Source: an uncultured Acidobacteriota bacterium
Lineage (GTDB): Bacteria; Acidobacteriota; Thermoanaerobaculia; Multivoradales; UBA5704
DNA length: 64,000 nucleotides
Assembly: GCA_963700145.1 (NCBI GenBank)
Contig: OY969474.1
Location: 3,296,001-3,360,000 of the forward strand
Reading direction: 5' to 3'
Both the position numbers and the translations under genes were made by a program. The notes below the pieces were generated by a model. The model saw only the letters and a program-made list of their open reading frames with translations, did no database searches and was not told the origin of the DNA. This document shows, piece by piece, positions 1 to 7,853 of the stretch (position 1 is the first letter of the stretch; the number at the start of each line of letters is the position of its first letter).

Positions 1-79
1 GCTTCCGTACTAATATGACGGTGGTCGTGCTTGCGCCGCTGCCTTCTCCGCTGACTCGCGAGGAATAAGGAAAGCTTCT

Positions 80-454
80 ATGGCCGACAGCGCCAATACC
101 AAGAAACTGCTTGACAGCCTCGACCTAACGAGGCGGGAAGAGGGCTTGCTGAGACACATCGCCTCCTTGGGGTATCCGGAGCCGAGAGGTCGTCTGGGTC
201 GCCTTTTCAACCGCCCTCTGCATGGCTTGATAGAACTTCTGGCCGCCCTTGTCTTCGTGGTGGCCCTGGCATGTTCCGTAGCTTATTTGGTGTGGAAGGT
301 GCCTCCTTTTATCCTCAACCTTCTGGACCGCATAGACCTTCCTCTCATTATCTTACTATACTTCATTTTCGGTAGGAGCTACGAGCGGCTCATTCGGAAG
401 CTATACCGGGCTCTCGAAGCAAGAACCTCCACCGAATCCGACGCCGGACGTTGA
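80..454 (+). CDS. small membrane protein (2 predicted TM helices), possible immunity-type protein
   Basis: AAGGA RBS upstream of ATG80; hydrophobic stretches LLAALVFVVALACSVAYLVW and LPLIILLYFIFG; lower GC than core genes. Confidence 0.55.
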   Translation: MADSANTKKLLDSLDLTRREEGLLRHIASLGYPEPRGRLGRLFNRPLHGLIELLAALVFVVALACSVAYLVWKVPPFILNLLDRIDLPLIILLYFIFGRSYERLIRKLYRALEARTSTESDAGR

Positions 455-479
455 CGCGCAGCTGAGGCGTAAGTAGACT
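451..479 (+). promoter_or_regulatory. sigma70-type promoter for symE-like gene
   Basis: TTGACG(451-456)-17 bp-TAGACT(474-479). Confidence 0.55.
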
Positions 480-597
480 TCAGAAGTGTAAGGGAGTGCG
501 TGCAGCCGGCCCGGTTTGCCCCGAGCCGAGATCGATAAGCGGGCGCGGCAGAGGTTGGCCCCTCTGCCGGCCCTGGCCCACACAGGAGCATGACCTC

Positions 598-882
598 ATG
601 CGTGGACGTGCCAGTCATTCTACGTCGCCGGACCTTTCCGCCCCCCAACCCGACCAGCTCCCCCAGCCCGACGAATGGCGCGAGCGCAAGCTCGCCCGCG
701 CCGCGGCCGCCCGAGCGAAAGGCCACCGCTTCGGCACCATCTGCTGCCGCATGCGCGGCTATCGCAATCTGGTTCCGGACCTCCGCATCTCCGGCCACTG
801 GCTCCAGCGCGCCGGCTTCGACCGCGGGCAGCACTATGAGATCGAGGTCCGGGCGGGGCGGCTTACGATCCGAGCTGTGTAA
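598..882 (+). CDS. symE: SymE family type I toxin-like protein
   Basis: VPDLRISGHWLQRAGFDRGQHYEIEVRAGRLTI matches SymE core; AGGAG upstream of ATG598. Confidence 0.8.
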   Translation: MRGRASHSTSPDLSAPQPDQLPQPDEWRERKLARAAAARAKGHRFGTICCRMRGYRNLVPDLRISGHWLQRAGFDRGQHYEIEVRAGRLTIRAV

Positions 883-990
883 GGCCTGCTGTACGCAGGT
901 TGGAATCTCCCTGCGGACTGTCGCAGGAGATGCCCGCGCGAGGAAGTGCCCCGGGGGACTGCCCACGCCTCCAAAGCCGATTTGTAATGG

Positions 991-1815
991 CTAATTGTTG
1001 GCAGCCAATGCGTAATGAGGCCACTCGTCGCCGAAAAGTGGCTTTATGTTCCACGCCTGCAGAAATCCAGCCAGTTCTTTCGCTTGAATGACAAATAGGC
1101 TGCGCTCCTTCCGTAGGTTAGCCTCTCCGAGATCGCTACCGCGGTTTTTCGTACTAAGGTTCTGCGCCATTCCCTTCCGGAAACGTAAATGCGGTACGCG
1201 AGTGAAATCTGCCGTCTCTAAGCGGCCGCGCTCAACGCTAACTGAAGATGACGTAAAGAGGCAAACATTGAGCTCTGCTGCTGTGACTACAGCTGGCAAA
1301 TAGATCCGACGGTTGGCACTTGATATCTCGGCGGCGAGACGTGCCTCCTCAAATGCGAGAGCCTCTACTGATTGGATCAGCTCCCCGGCCATTCGCTCCA
1401 ACATGGGCTCCTTCGCACTTTGACCCTGGGCGATACAGAACATAGATTCATGCGACTGGGGGCTGGCGTTAAGGTCACACCAATCATAGCCCTGGAAGCT
1501 TCCTTGTCCTGCGAATACCGTACAGAAGGAACGGACGCGTGTCATCTCCTTAATGTTGGAGTCTGGTACGAGAAAAAGCCATGACGATTCTGCCGCGCGC
1601 TTGCACTCTATGACGAGCCGAACCATGCCGTATCCTGCAACAATATCTATATATCCACTCCTTCCTGAGGCAGGGTGCTCCCAGTGGTGCTCGCGTGTGA
1701 TTATCTGCCAACCGGACTTCGAAGCGCTCCTTGAGATCTCTTGTTCAACTCGGAGTTGAAACGGGAAACCCGACGAATTCAATTGCTGAACCAAAGGATG
1801 CTTCGGGTGTGTCAT
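991..1815 (-). CDS. PD-(D/E)xK restriction-endonuclease-like protein
   Basis: SGFPFQ...YIDIVA...VIECKR catalytic-type motif; lower GC; start taken at MTHPK. Confidence 0.7.
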   Translation of the reverse strand: MTHPKHPLVQQLNSSGFPFQLRVEQEISRSASKSGWQIITREHHWEHPASGRSGYIDIVAGYGMVRLVIECKRAAESSWLFLVPDSNIKEMTRVRSFCTVFAGQGSFQGYDWCDLNASPQSHESMFCIAQGQSAKEPMLERMAGELIQSVEALAFEEARLAAEISSANRRIYLPAVVTAAELNVCLFTSSSVSVERGRLETADFTRVPHLRFRKGMAQNLSTKNRGSDLGEANLRKERSLFVIQAKELAGFLQAWNIKPLFGDEWPHYALAANN

Positions 1816-1848
1816 CGCGGATCTGACCTCACATCTCAATATACTTGG

Positions 1849-2728
1849 CTAGGCTCCGCCTTCGTCCCTAATTGGTCGCGGCTTTGGAAGAAGGCGGGAG
1901 ACTGCTTGGCGAAGCTCCTGGTGATCCTTGGTGGCCTGCGCCAACCGATCGGCAAGATCAGTGAGGACCACACGGATGCTGGTAGCTAGCTCAAGACACT
2001 CTTCATCCGTTCTGGCGTGAAGGCCTTCACTAAGAGCTCGATGCAGGAGCGTCAGTGGACTATGGGTGTCGATCCGAAGGGCCTGCGGTACAGCATCTTT
2101 TACCAGGTCAACGGCCTTTGAAAATTGCGCCTCGCTCTTAGCTTGCTCAAGCAAGTCAATCACAGCCGCATCAGTACCGACGCGTTGGCTGACACGGATG
2201 ATTTCGTCAAGAAGTCGATTCTTCTGATTCTCCACAACTCGCCGGTAATAGGCGAATGATCCTAGGCCCATCCCCTGTGATTCCGCCCGTCGGCCTGCAA
2301 GGAAGAGGTCGCGATCAGGTCCAATCAGTGAGATGACGCGCGAAGGGACGTGTGGTCCGAGCGGAGGGTACTCGCCGACCTTCAATGCGTGTCCCCCAGT
2401 CGCAAAGCTAGTCTCAGTGCTTTCGTCACGCCTTACTTGGACGGCATAAACCTTAGGACTCTTCTGGCAGTTGCGGCAATGATAATGTAAATGGGTGGCC
2501 GCCATAGGCAGGCAGAATGGGGTTCGCAACCGCCTTGCCCAAGAAAAATCGAATACCGTCGCACGTGGGATGGGAGCAATACAGTTCGAGGTCAGGAGTT
2601 AGGAATTCCCAAGGAAACTCTTTGCCTCGTCGGGAGGCCAGACCCGAGACAGCTTGCCACCTCCCCGGCGGACTCTGTTCAAGAAACTCCTTCCAGGGTC
2701 TAGGCGTTGGGTTCGCTGGAGCGTTCAT
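1849..2728 (-). pseudogene. Zn-ribbon + HEPN (DUF4145-like) protein split by a frameshift near 2490
   Basis: Overlapping ORFs 2453-2728 (CSHPTC) and 1849-2529 (CRNC ... YYRRVVE ... RALSEGLH) read as N- and C-halves of one protein. Confidence 0.65.
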
Positions 2729-3094
2729 ACCTTTGTGAGACAGTAGGGGCGAGGCTTGTTGCTCAGTCTCTAGTGGCTTGCAGCCTCGTCAACGGCCTCA
2801 CGATCGCCTAAGCCGGCAAGGGCGATCTTCGACGACCATCCGGCCATATCCTAACTCTCTGGCGCCATAGTACGCCTTACATGCGCTGCCGAACACGACC
2901 TTGGGCTCGGCCTGCGGCTGCTACGAATTTCCGCCAGCGCCACCCGCTTGGGTGGTCGGAGCATCAGCTGTCTTGAGGTTGGCGCGAGAAGGTCCTGCCA
3001 TCGTGAGCATCCTGCTCCTCCGCAGCGCCCCGCAGTCCCAGTGCCACGTCGGCCCTTGATCTGGCACCTCCAAGTGCATCCACCAGCCCTTCTC

Positions 3095-3306
3095 TTCAGC
3101 CGCATGAACTCTGGATAACTCGGAATGTGATCGAACGCGACGAGCAGGTCGACGTCACTCGCCGTGGATGCTTCGTTGCGGGCGACCGAACCGAAGAGGC
3201 GAAGGGACTTGACGCCGAGCTCCGCGAGCCGGGAGCGGTGCTGAGAGAGAGCGGTCAAAACCTCTTCGCGGCGCGTGATAGCTCCAGTCGCCGAGATCTT
3301 AGCCAA
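3095..3306 (-). pseudogene. truncated MNT (minimal nucleotidyltransferase) antitoxin
   Basis: GVKSLRLFGSVARNEASTASDVDLLVAF motif; similarity lost after EFMRLK; no HEPN partner follows. Confidence 0.7.
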
Positions 3307-3364
3307 TTCCTCCCAGGCTGTCCGCCGTGGCTTGGCGCGCGCTAGCCGACCGGCGCTTCTCTAG

Positions 3365-4634
3365 CAGGCCGCTGAGAAACGGCCTTCAACGGCGGGTGCG
3401 AGGCTGACAGCGATCTGGGAGCGGGCGATGTCGCGTGCGCGGGTGGAAGGGGAGGGCAACAGGCGCCTTGTGGGCGCGTTTGAGCGCCGCTGGTTTTGCT
3501 GGGCAGGACCTTTTTGGGCTATGCCGGCACGAGCAGGCGACTTAATCGGAGCAGGTTGTACGCTGCGGCGGCGAGGCGGGCGGCCAGCTGCGTCCTCGCC
3601 ACGCCTCGGACCCTGGTCCGGTGCAGCCCTGCGCAGGTCTTGAGCCAGCCGAAGATCGTCTCGATTCGCCGCCGTACGACCTGACTGATCCGGTAGCCGG
3701 GACGGCGCGTTGTTCGCCGGTCGATTGCCGAGCGCCTGCGCCGGTGGGCATTCTGGGTGACGTGGGGGGTGACGCCGAGCTCTCGGCAGGCAGCCACGAA
3801 GCCCTTGGTGTCGTAGCTCTTATCGGCGCCCACCGTCTTGCGCCGCGAGCCTTCGAGCCGCGCGAGCAGACCCAGAGCTTCGCGACGCTCGGCGAACCCA
3901 TCGGCCTGGGCCACCACGAAGTCCACCAACAATCCGTTGCGGTTCTCCATCAGAGCGTGGCCGGAAAACGAGAGCTTCGCCTCGTGCCCATCCCCCTTGC
4001 GGGCCAGGCGCGCTTCCGGGTCGGTCGTCGAGGCGTGCGTCTCGTTGCTCCGCTTCGTCCCCGTGAAATCGCTCCAGCCGTTGGCGTCTCCGCCCGGTGG
4101 CCCGTCCTTGGGCCGGAAGCTCTTCATCGACGCCCAGGCCTCGATCAGCGTCCCATCCACCGAGAAGTGCTCGCTCGACAGCAGCCGCTGCACGCTCGCC
4201 TCAGCCACGATCGCCGCCAAAAACCGCTCGGCCACCTCGTGCCGGATCAGCCGCTCCCGGTTGCGTGAAAACGTGCTCGCGTCAAACGACGGCTCGTCGA
4301 GCTCCAGATCCAAAAACCAGCGAAACAGCAGGTTGTACTCGAGCTGCTCGCAAAACTGCCGGTCGCTCCGCACCGAAAACAGCGCGATCAGCAGCTGCGC
4401 CTTGAGCAGCCGCTCCGGCGGCACCGACGGCCGCCCCGTCTCGGCGTACATCACCGCAAACACCTCACTCAACTGCCCGAGAGCCCGGTCGGCCAGCCCC
4501 TTGATCCGCCGGATCGGATGCGCCGCCGGAATCCGCTCCTCCAACGACCTCACCATCAACAACGTCCTCTGCTCGCGCGCTTTCCCTCGCATGGCCTGCA
4601 AGGGTAGCGCGAACCGGGGTTTTTCAGCAGCCTG
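3365..4634 (-). mobile_element. IS5-family insertion sequence, 1270 bp
   Basis: 16-bp terminal IRs CAGGCCGCTGAGAAAC (3365-3380) and GTTTTTCAGCAGCCTG (4619-4634), 14/16 match; CTAG target duplication at 3361-3364 and 4635-4638. Confidence 0.92.
3519..4601 (-). CDS. IS5-family DDE transposase
   Basis: GRPSVPPERLL..LFRWFL, SVDGT, GADKSYD, RRRIETIFGWLK motifs. Confidence 0.93.
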   Translation of the reverse strand: MQAMRGKAREQRTLLMVRSLEERIPAAHPIRRIKGLADRALGQLSEVFAVMYAETGRPSVPPERLLKAQLLIALFSVRSDRQFCEQLEYNLLFRWFLDLELDEPSFDASTFSRNRERLIRHEVAERFLAAIVAEASVQRLLSSEHFSVDGTLIEAWASMKSFRPKDGPPGGDANGWSDFTGTKRSNETHASTTDPEARLARKGDGHEAKLSFSGHALMENRNGLLVDFVVAQADGFAERREALGLLARLEGSRRKTVGADKSYDTKGFVAACRELGVTPHVTQNAHRRRRSAIDRRTTRRPGYRISQVVRRRIETIFGWLKTCAGLHRTRVRGVARTQLAARLAAAAYNLLRLSRLLVPA

Positions 4635-4663
4635 CTAGAAGACGTTGAGGTGGTGGTCCTTCA

Positions 4664-4900
4664 TCAGCCGATGGGCTGGCTCCTGAGCGGTGGGTGCGGG
4701 GCCGGCCGGTAGCGCGCTTCGGGGATGGGCTTGCCCGTCTCCCGGGCCGCCTCCAGCCAGTTGTGTTTGGCGACCTGGACTTCACGGACCGCCTCTTCCG
4801 CTGTATCGCCGAAGGCGGAGCATGCGAAGAGATCCGGGACGTCGGCGACGTAGCAGTCGTCCTCGTCGCTCCAGAACACGTTGATGTGGTAGTCCTTCAC
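4664..4900 (-). CDS. hicB: HicB family antitoxin
   Basis: YVADVPDLFACSAFGDTAEEAV...WLEAARETGKPIP; overlaps hicA stop. Confidence 0.9.
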   Translation of the reverse strand: MKDYHINVFWSDEDDCYVADVPDLFACSAFGDTAEEAVREVQVAKHNWLEAARETGKPIPEARYRPAPHPPLRSQPIG

Positions 4901-5154
4901 CGCTCGTCCTCCATCCTCAAATTGTACTCCTCGATCAGGCTCAGGAACTGCCGCACCTGGTATCCCTTCGCCTCCCCCCTCCGGGGCTGCAGGTTGAGAA
5001 AGCGCGGCACTCGCGGATGCTCGTAGGCGCGGTGGCTGCCCTCCATCCGCTGCAAGCGAAACCCGAACGCCTCAACCAGCCGACAGAAATCCCCGAAGCC
5101 GACGTTCTCGAGGTGTCCTCTGCGCAGCCGCTCCAGGAGAAACCTTCGGTTCAC
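4897..5154 (-). CDS. hicA: HicA family toxin
   Basis: FGFRLQRMEGSHRAYEHP...AKGYQVRQ, GSH motif. Confidence 0.9.
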   Translation of the reverse strand: MNRRFLLERLRRGHLENVGFGDFCRLVEAFGFRLQRMEGSHRAYEHPRVPRFLNLQPRRGEAKGYQVRQFLSLIEEYNLRMEDER

Positions 5155-5267
5155 GCGATCCGTCCTCCTCGGAGGAGGAAGACGGAATTCGAGGCCTCGT
5201 TCTTTGCAGCTCGGAGCTAGGCTAATACCTCTGGTGCTCGACGAACGAGCACAGAAGGAGCTCTGCG

Positions 5268-5528
5268 ATGACCTGGCAGGAAGTCCGCCGTCACCATCCG
5301 CACCAGTGGGTCGTCGTCGAGGCCGTGCAGGCTCGCTCGGAGCAGGGGAGGCGGGAGCTCGACGAGCTGGCCGTGGTGGACGCGTTCGCCGACGGCGAGA
5401 CGGCGGTGCGCGCTTACTTGAGGCTCCACCGGAAGGTGCCGGAGCGCGAGCTCTACGTGCTGCACAGCGATCGGGAAGAGCTGGAGATCACGGAGCGGAC
5501 GTGGTTGGGGCTGCGCACCGCGGAATGA
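5268..5528 (+). CDS. small conserved protein (DUF5678-like, usually upstream of a retropepsin-like protease gene)
   Basis: MTWQEVRRHHPHQWVVVE; AAGGAG RBS; followed by an overlapping ATG giving only a short MKIRLD stub. Confidence 0.55.
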   Translation: MTWQEVRRHHPHQWVVVEAVQARSEQGRRELDELAVVDAFADGETAVRAYLRLHRKVPERELYVLHSDREELEITERTWLGLRTAE

Positions 5529-5641
5529 AGATCCGGCTTGACCGCCAGGAGGGCGCTCGGCGCAAGATCTGGCCTCGTTTTCCGTCTATACCTACGGTGC
5601 CGAGGTTGGGCCTCGGGACCTGCGTTAGGCTGAGGACGACG

Positions 5642-5920
5642 ATGGCCAAGATCTACTCTACACAGGAGGCGAAGGCGCGCTTCGGCGAGGTGCTGCGCCG
5701 CGTCCGCTCTGGAGAGCGGGTGGTGATCTCTCTTCGCGGCGAGCCGATTGCTGAAGTGAGCCCCTATCCACACGCGGACGAGAGCCTCGACGAGAGGTGG
5801 GAGCGTCTCGAGCGGGCGGGGCGGCTGGTTCCAGCTAGTCCCGGGGCGCGCAAGCTGGGTCTTCGACCGATCGTGAAGCGGCCGGGTGCGCTGAAGCGCT
5901 TCCTGGAAACCCGCGATTGA
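5642..5920 (+). CDS. Phd/YefM family antitoxin
   Basis: YSTQEAKARFGEVLRRVRSGERVVISLRGEPIAEV. Confidence 0.9.
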   Translation: MAKIYSTQEAKARFGEVLRRVRSGERVVISLRGEPIAEVSPYPHADESLDERWERLERAGRLVPASPGARKLGLRPIVKRPGALKRFLETRD

Positions 5921-6678
5921 AGGCGCTCGTCGACAGCTCCTGCTACGTCGCCGTCGCCTTTCAGGAGCCCGGCTGGAAGGATGTCATCGACAGCCTGGCG
6001 AGCTGCGAGGAATTGGTGGCGTGCCCGCTGCTGGAGGCCGAGGTCGCCGCCGCGTTACGGCGTGTGGCTGCCGAGCTGGACTTGGAGAGATTCCTGGCCG
6101 GCATCATCTGGCTGCTGCCGGATCGCCCGCTTTCAGCGGAGATCGCGCGCGTGCTCGAAGGCGGCCACCTCCGTGGCGCGGACGCCTGGCACCTCGCTCA
6201 TGCCCTCTGGCTGGCGCCTGACACCCAGGAGCTCTCGGTCTACACCCTCGATGAACCACAGCGCCGGGCGGCGATGCGACTCGGCTTCGACGCACCTGCG
6301 CTCGGCGAGCGATCCCCCTACGGCGACCGCTCGGCGGGCTGCCCGTCGAGCCCGGACCTCCGCCAGGAGGCGCCGCCGTCGTCGCTGCGGAGCACCCCAG
6401 CCCGGCCCGTCCGGCTCTTCGCCACGATAGCCGGCCTCGAGCAGCCCACTCTTGGTGGCGCCTTTCGCCCCTGGTATGATGCTAAAATAAAAGGGGTTGG
6501 GCGTCACTGGGTGTTGTCCGTGGATCTCTGTCATGTGTTCCCTTATTCCCGAGATCAGATCCGAACGAGGGATAAATCGTGGCTAAAGGCGACCAGATCA
6601 ACATCAAGCCCCAGTTCAGGTCGAAGACGGTCCCATGCGAAGGCGAGGCCGGCGATCTGTTGGTCCTCTCGCCGCTGA
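5917..6678 (+). CDS. vapC: VapC/PIN toxin; PIN domain ends near 6300 and the ORF runs on without a stop
   Basis: LVDSS...LLEAEV...LRGADAWHLA...TLDEPQRRAA; coupled to the Phd antitoxin. Confidence 0.8.
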   Translation: MKALVDSSCYVAVAFQEPGWKDVIDSLASCEELVACPLLEAEVAAALRRVAAELDLERFLAGIIWLLPDRPLSAEIARVLEGGHLRGADAWHLAHALWLAPDTQELSVYTLDEPQRRAAMRLGFDAPALGERSPYGDRSAGCPSSPDLRQEAPPSSLRSTPARPVRLFATIAGLEQPTLGGAFRPWYDAKIKGVGRHWVLSVDLCHVFPYSRDQIRTRDKSWLKATRSTSSPSSGRRRSHAKARPAICWSSRR

Positions 6679-6860
6679 GCGAGGGCGAGCAAGACCCGAC
6701 GTCACAGGGACTCACGACCCTGTGGTTCTGCATTAAGTCGGCTAACCTGCCCGAACAACGTAATGCCGTTTGGGCGCGTGTCAAATTCGACGGCTTCGCC
6801 ACCTGTGCCACGTCCGTACTGCCTAACCCGCCGACGCTCGATCCGCTGCGGCTGGGTTGA
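6579..6860 (+). CDS. hypothetical 93-aa protein
   Basis: GAGGG RBS before GTG; GEAGDLL...LWFC motif; first gene of a 3-gene run. Confidence 0.7.
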   Translation: MAKGDQINIKPQFRSKTVPCEGEAGDLLVLSPLSEGEQDPTSQGLTTLWFCIKSANLPEQRNAVWARVKFDGFATCATSVLPNPPTLDPLRLG

Positions 6861-6908
6861 GCAGCGGGCCGGCAACTCACGGGCCATCCATCGGAAGGGG
6901 GCTTTTGT

Positions 6909-7826
6909 ATGCCGAAATTCACGAGCAAGACCGAATCCGACGAGTCGGCCATTTTCGCGTCCTCTGGCGGCGGCCCAGGCGTCGAAGCGGTCTCCGGCAA
7001 AGGCCCCGGCGTTTCCGGCAAAAGCGGGGACGGCCGGGCCGGGCAGTTCCACAGCGAAAACCAGGAAGCGGTCTTCGGCGATTCGAACTCGCCGGACAAG
7101 GCGGCCGTCGCCGGCGTGCAGCTTAACGCCGCCAGCACTGGGGCCGGCGTCTACGGTGAGCACAAAGGCACTGGGCCAGGCGTTGTCGGGACAAACACCG
7201 CCGCCGGCCCGGGCGGCGTGGGCGGCTTCTTCCACAGCGAGGTCAACGAAGGGTTGCGCGCCGAGACCAAGTCGGCGACGACCGCCGCCGTCGCGTGCTT
7301 CCAACTCAACCCGGTCAGCACCGCGGCCGCCCTCTACGCCGAACATGTCACCGGCAAGGTCGCGGGGTTCTTCAAAGGCGATGTCATCGTTACCGGCGAC
7401 CTCTCCTTCCCCGGCGCAGACTGCGCCGAGGACTTTACGATCCACGCCGAAGCGGACGCCGACCCCGGCACGGTGATGGCGCTGTGCGCGACCGGCGAAC
7501 TCGTGCCGTGCGCCGAACCTTACGAGAAAAAGGTCGTCGGCGTCGTCGCCGGGGCCGGCACGTTCCGCCCCAGCATCGTCATGGACCGGCACGGGCCGCC
7601 GTCCGGCCGCCGCCGGCCCGTCGCGCTGGTCGGCAAGGTCTTCTGCAAGGTCGACGCGGGCTACGGGGCAGTCGAGGTCGGCGACCTGCTAACGAGTTCG
7701 GCCACCCCCGGCTATGCGATGAAGGGGGCCGACCCGATACGCGCCTTCGGCAGCGTGATCGGCAAGGCGATGGCCCCCCTCCGCGCGGGCCGCGGACTAA
7801 TTCCGATCCTGATCTCGCTCCAGTAG
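6909..7826 (+). CDS. Gly-rich repeat fibre-like protein with a C-terminal peptidase-G2/intramolecular-chaperone-like domain
   Basis: GVxG repeats; internal duplication FHSE..AAVA..QLN..ST...YxEH; C-terminal ADCAEDF..PGTVM..VVGVV..VALVGKVFCKVDA..GDLLTSS..IGKA. Confidence 0.75.
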   Translation: MPKFTSKTESDESAIFASSGGGPGVEAVSGKGPGVSGKSGDGRAGQFHSENQEAVFGDSNSPDKAAVAGVQLNAASTGAGVYGEHKGTGPGVVGTNTAAGPGGVGGFFHSEVNEGLRAETKSATTAAVACFQLNPVSTAAALYAEHVTGKVAGFFKGDVIVTGDLSFPGADCAEDFTIHAEADADPGTVMALCATGELVPCAEPYEKKVVGVVAGAGTFRPSIVMDRHGPPSGRRRPVALVGKVFCKVDAGYGAVEVGDLLTSSATPGYAMKGADPIRAFGSVIGKAMAPLRAGRGLIPILISLQ

Positions 7827-7853
7827 ACGCCGTCGGCGGAAGGGGGCCGTGGT

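Noticed and set aside
5204-5641. Long N-terminal extension of the Phd antitoxin ORF
   Set aside because: Overlaps the 5268 gene; the Phd motif begins at ATG5642 with its own RBS.
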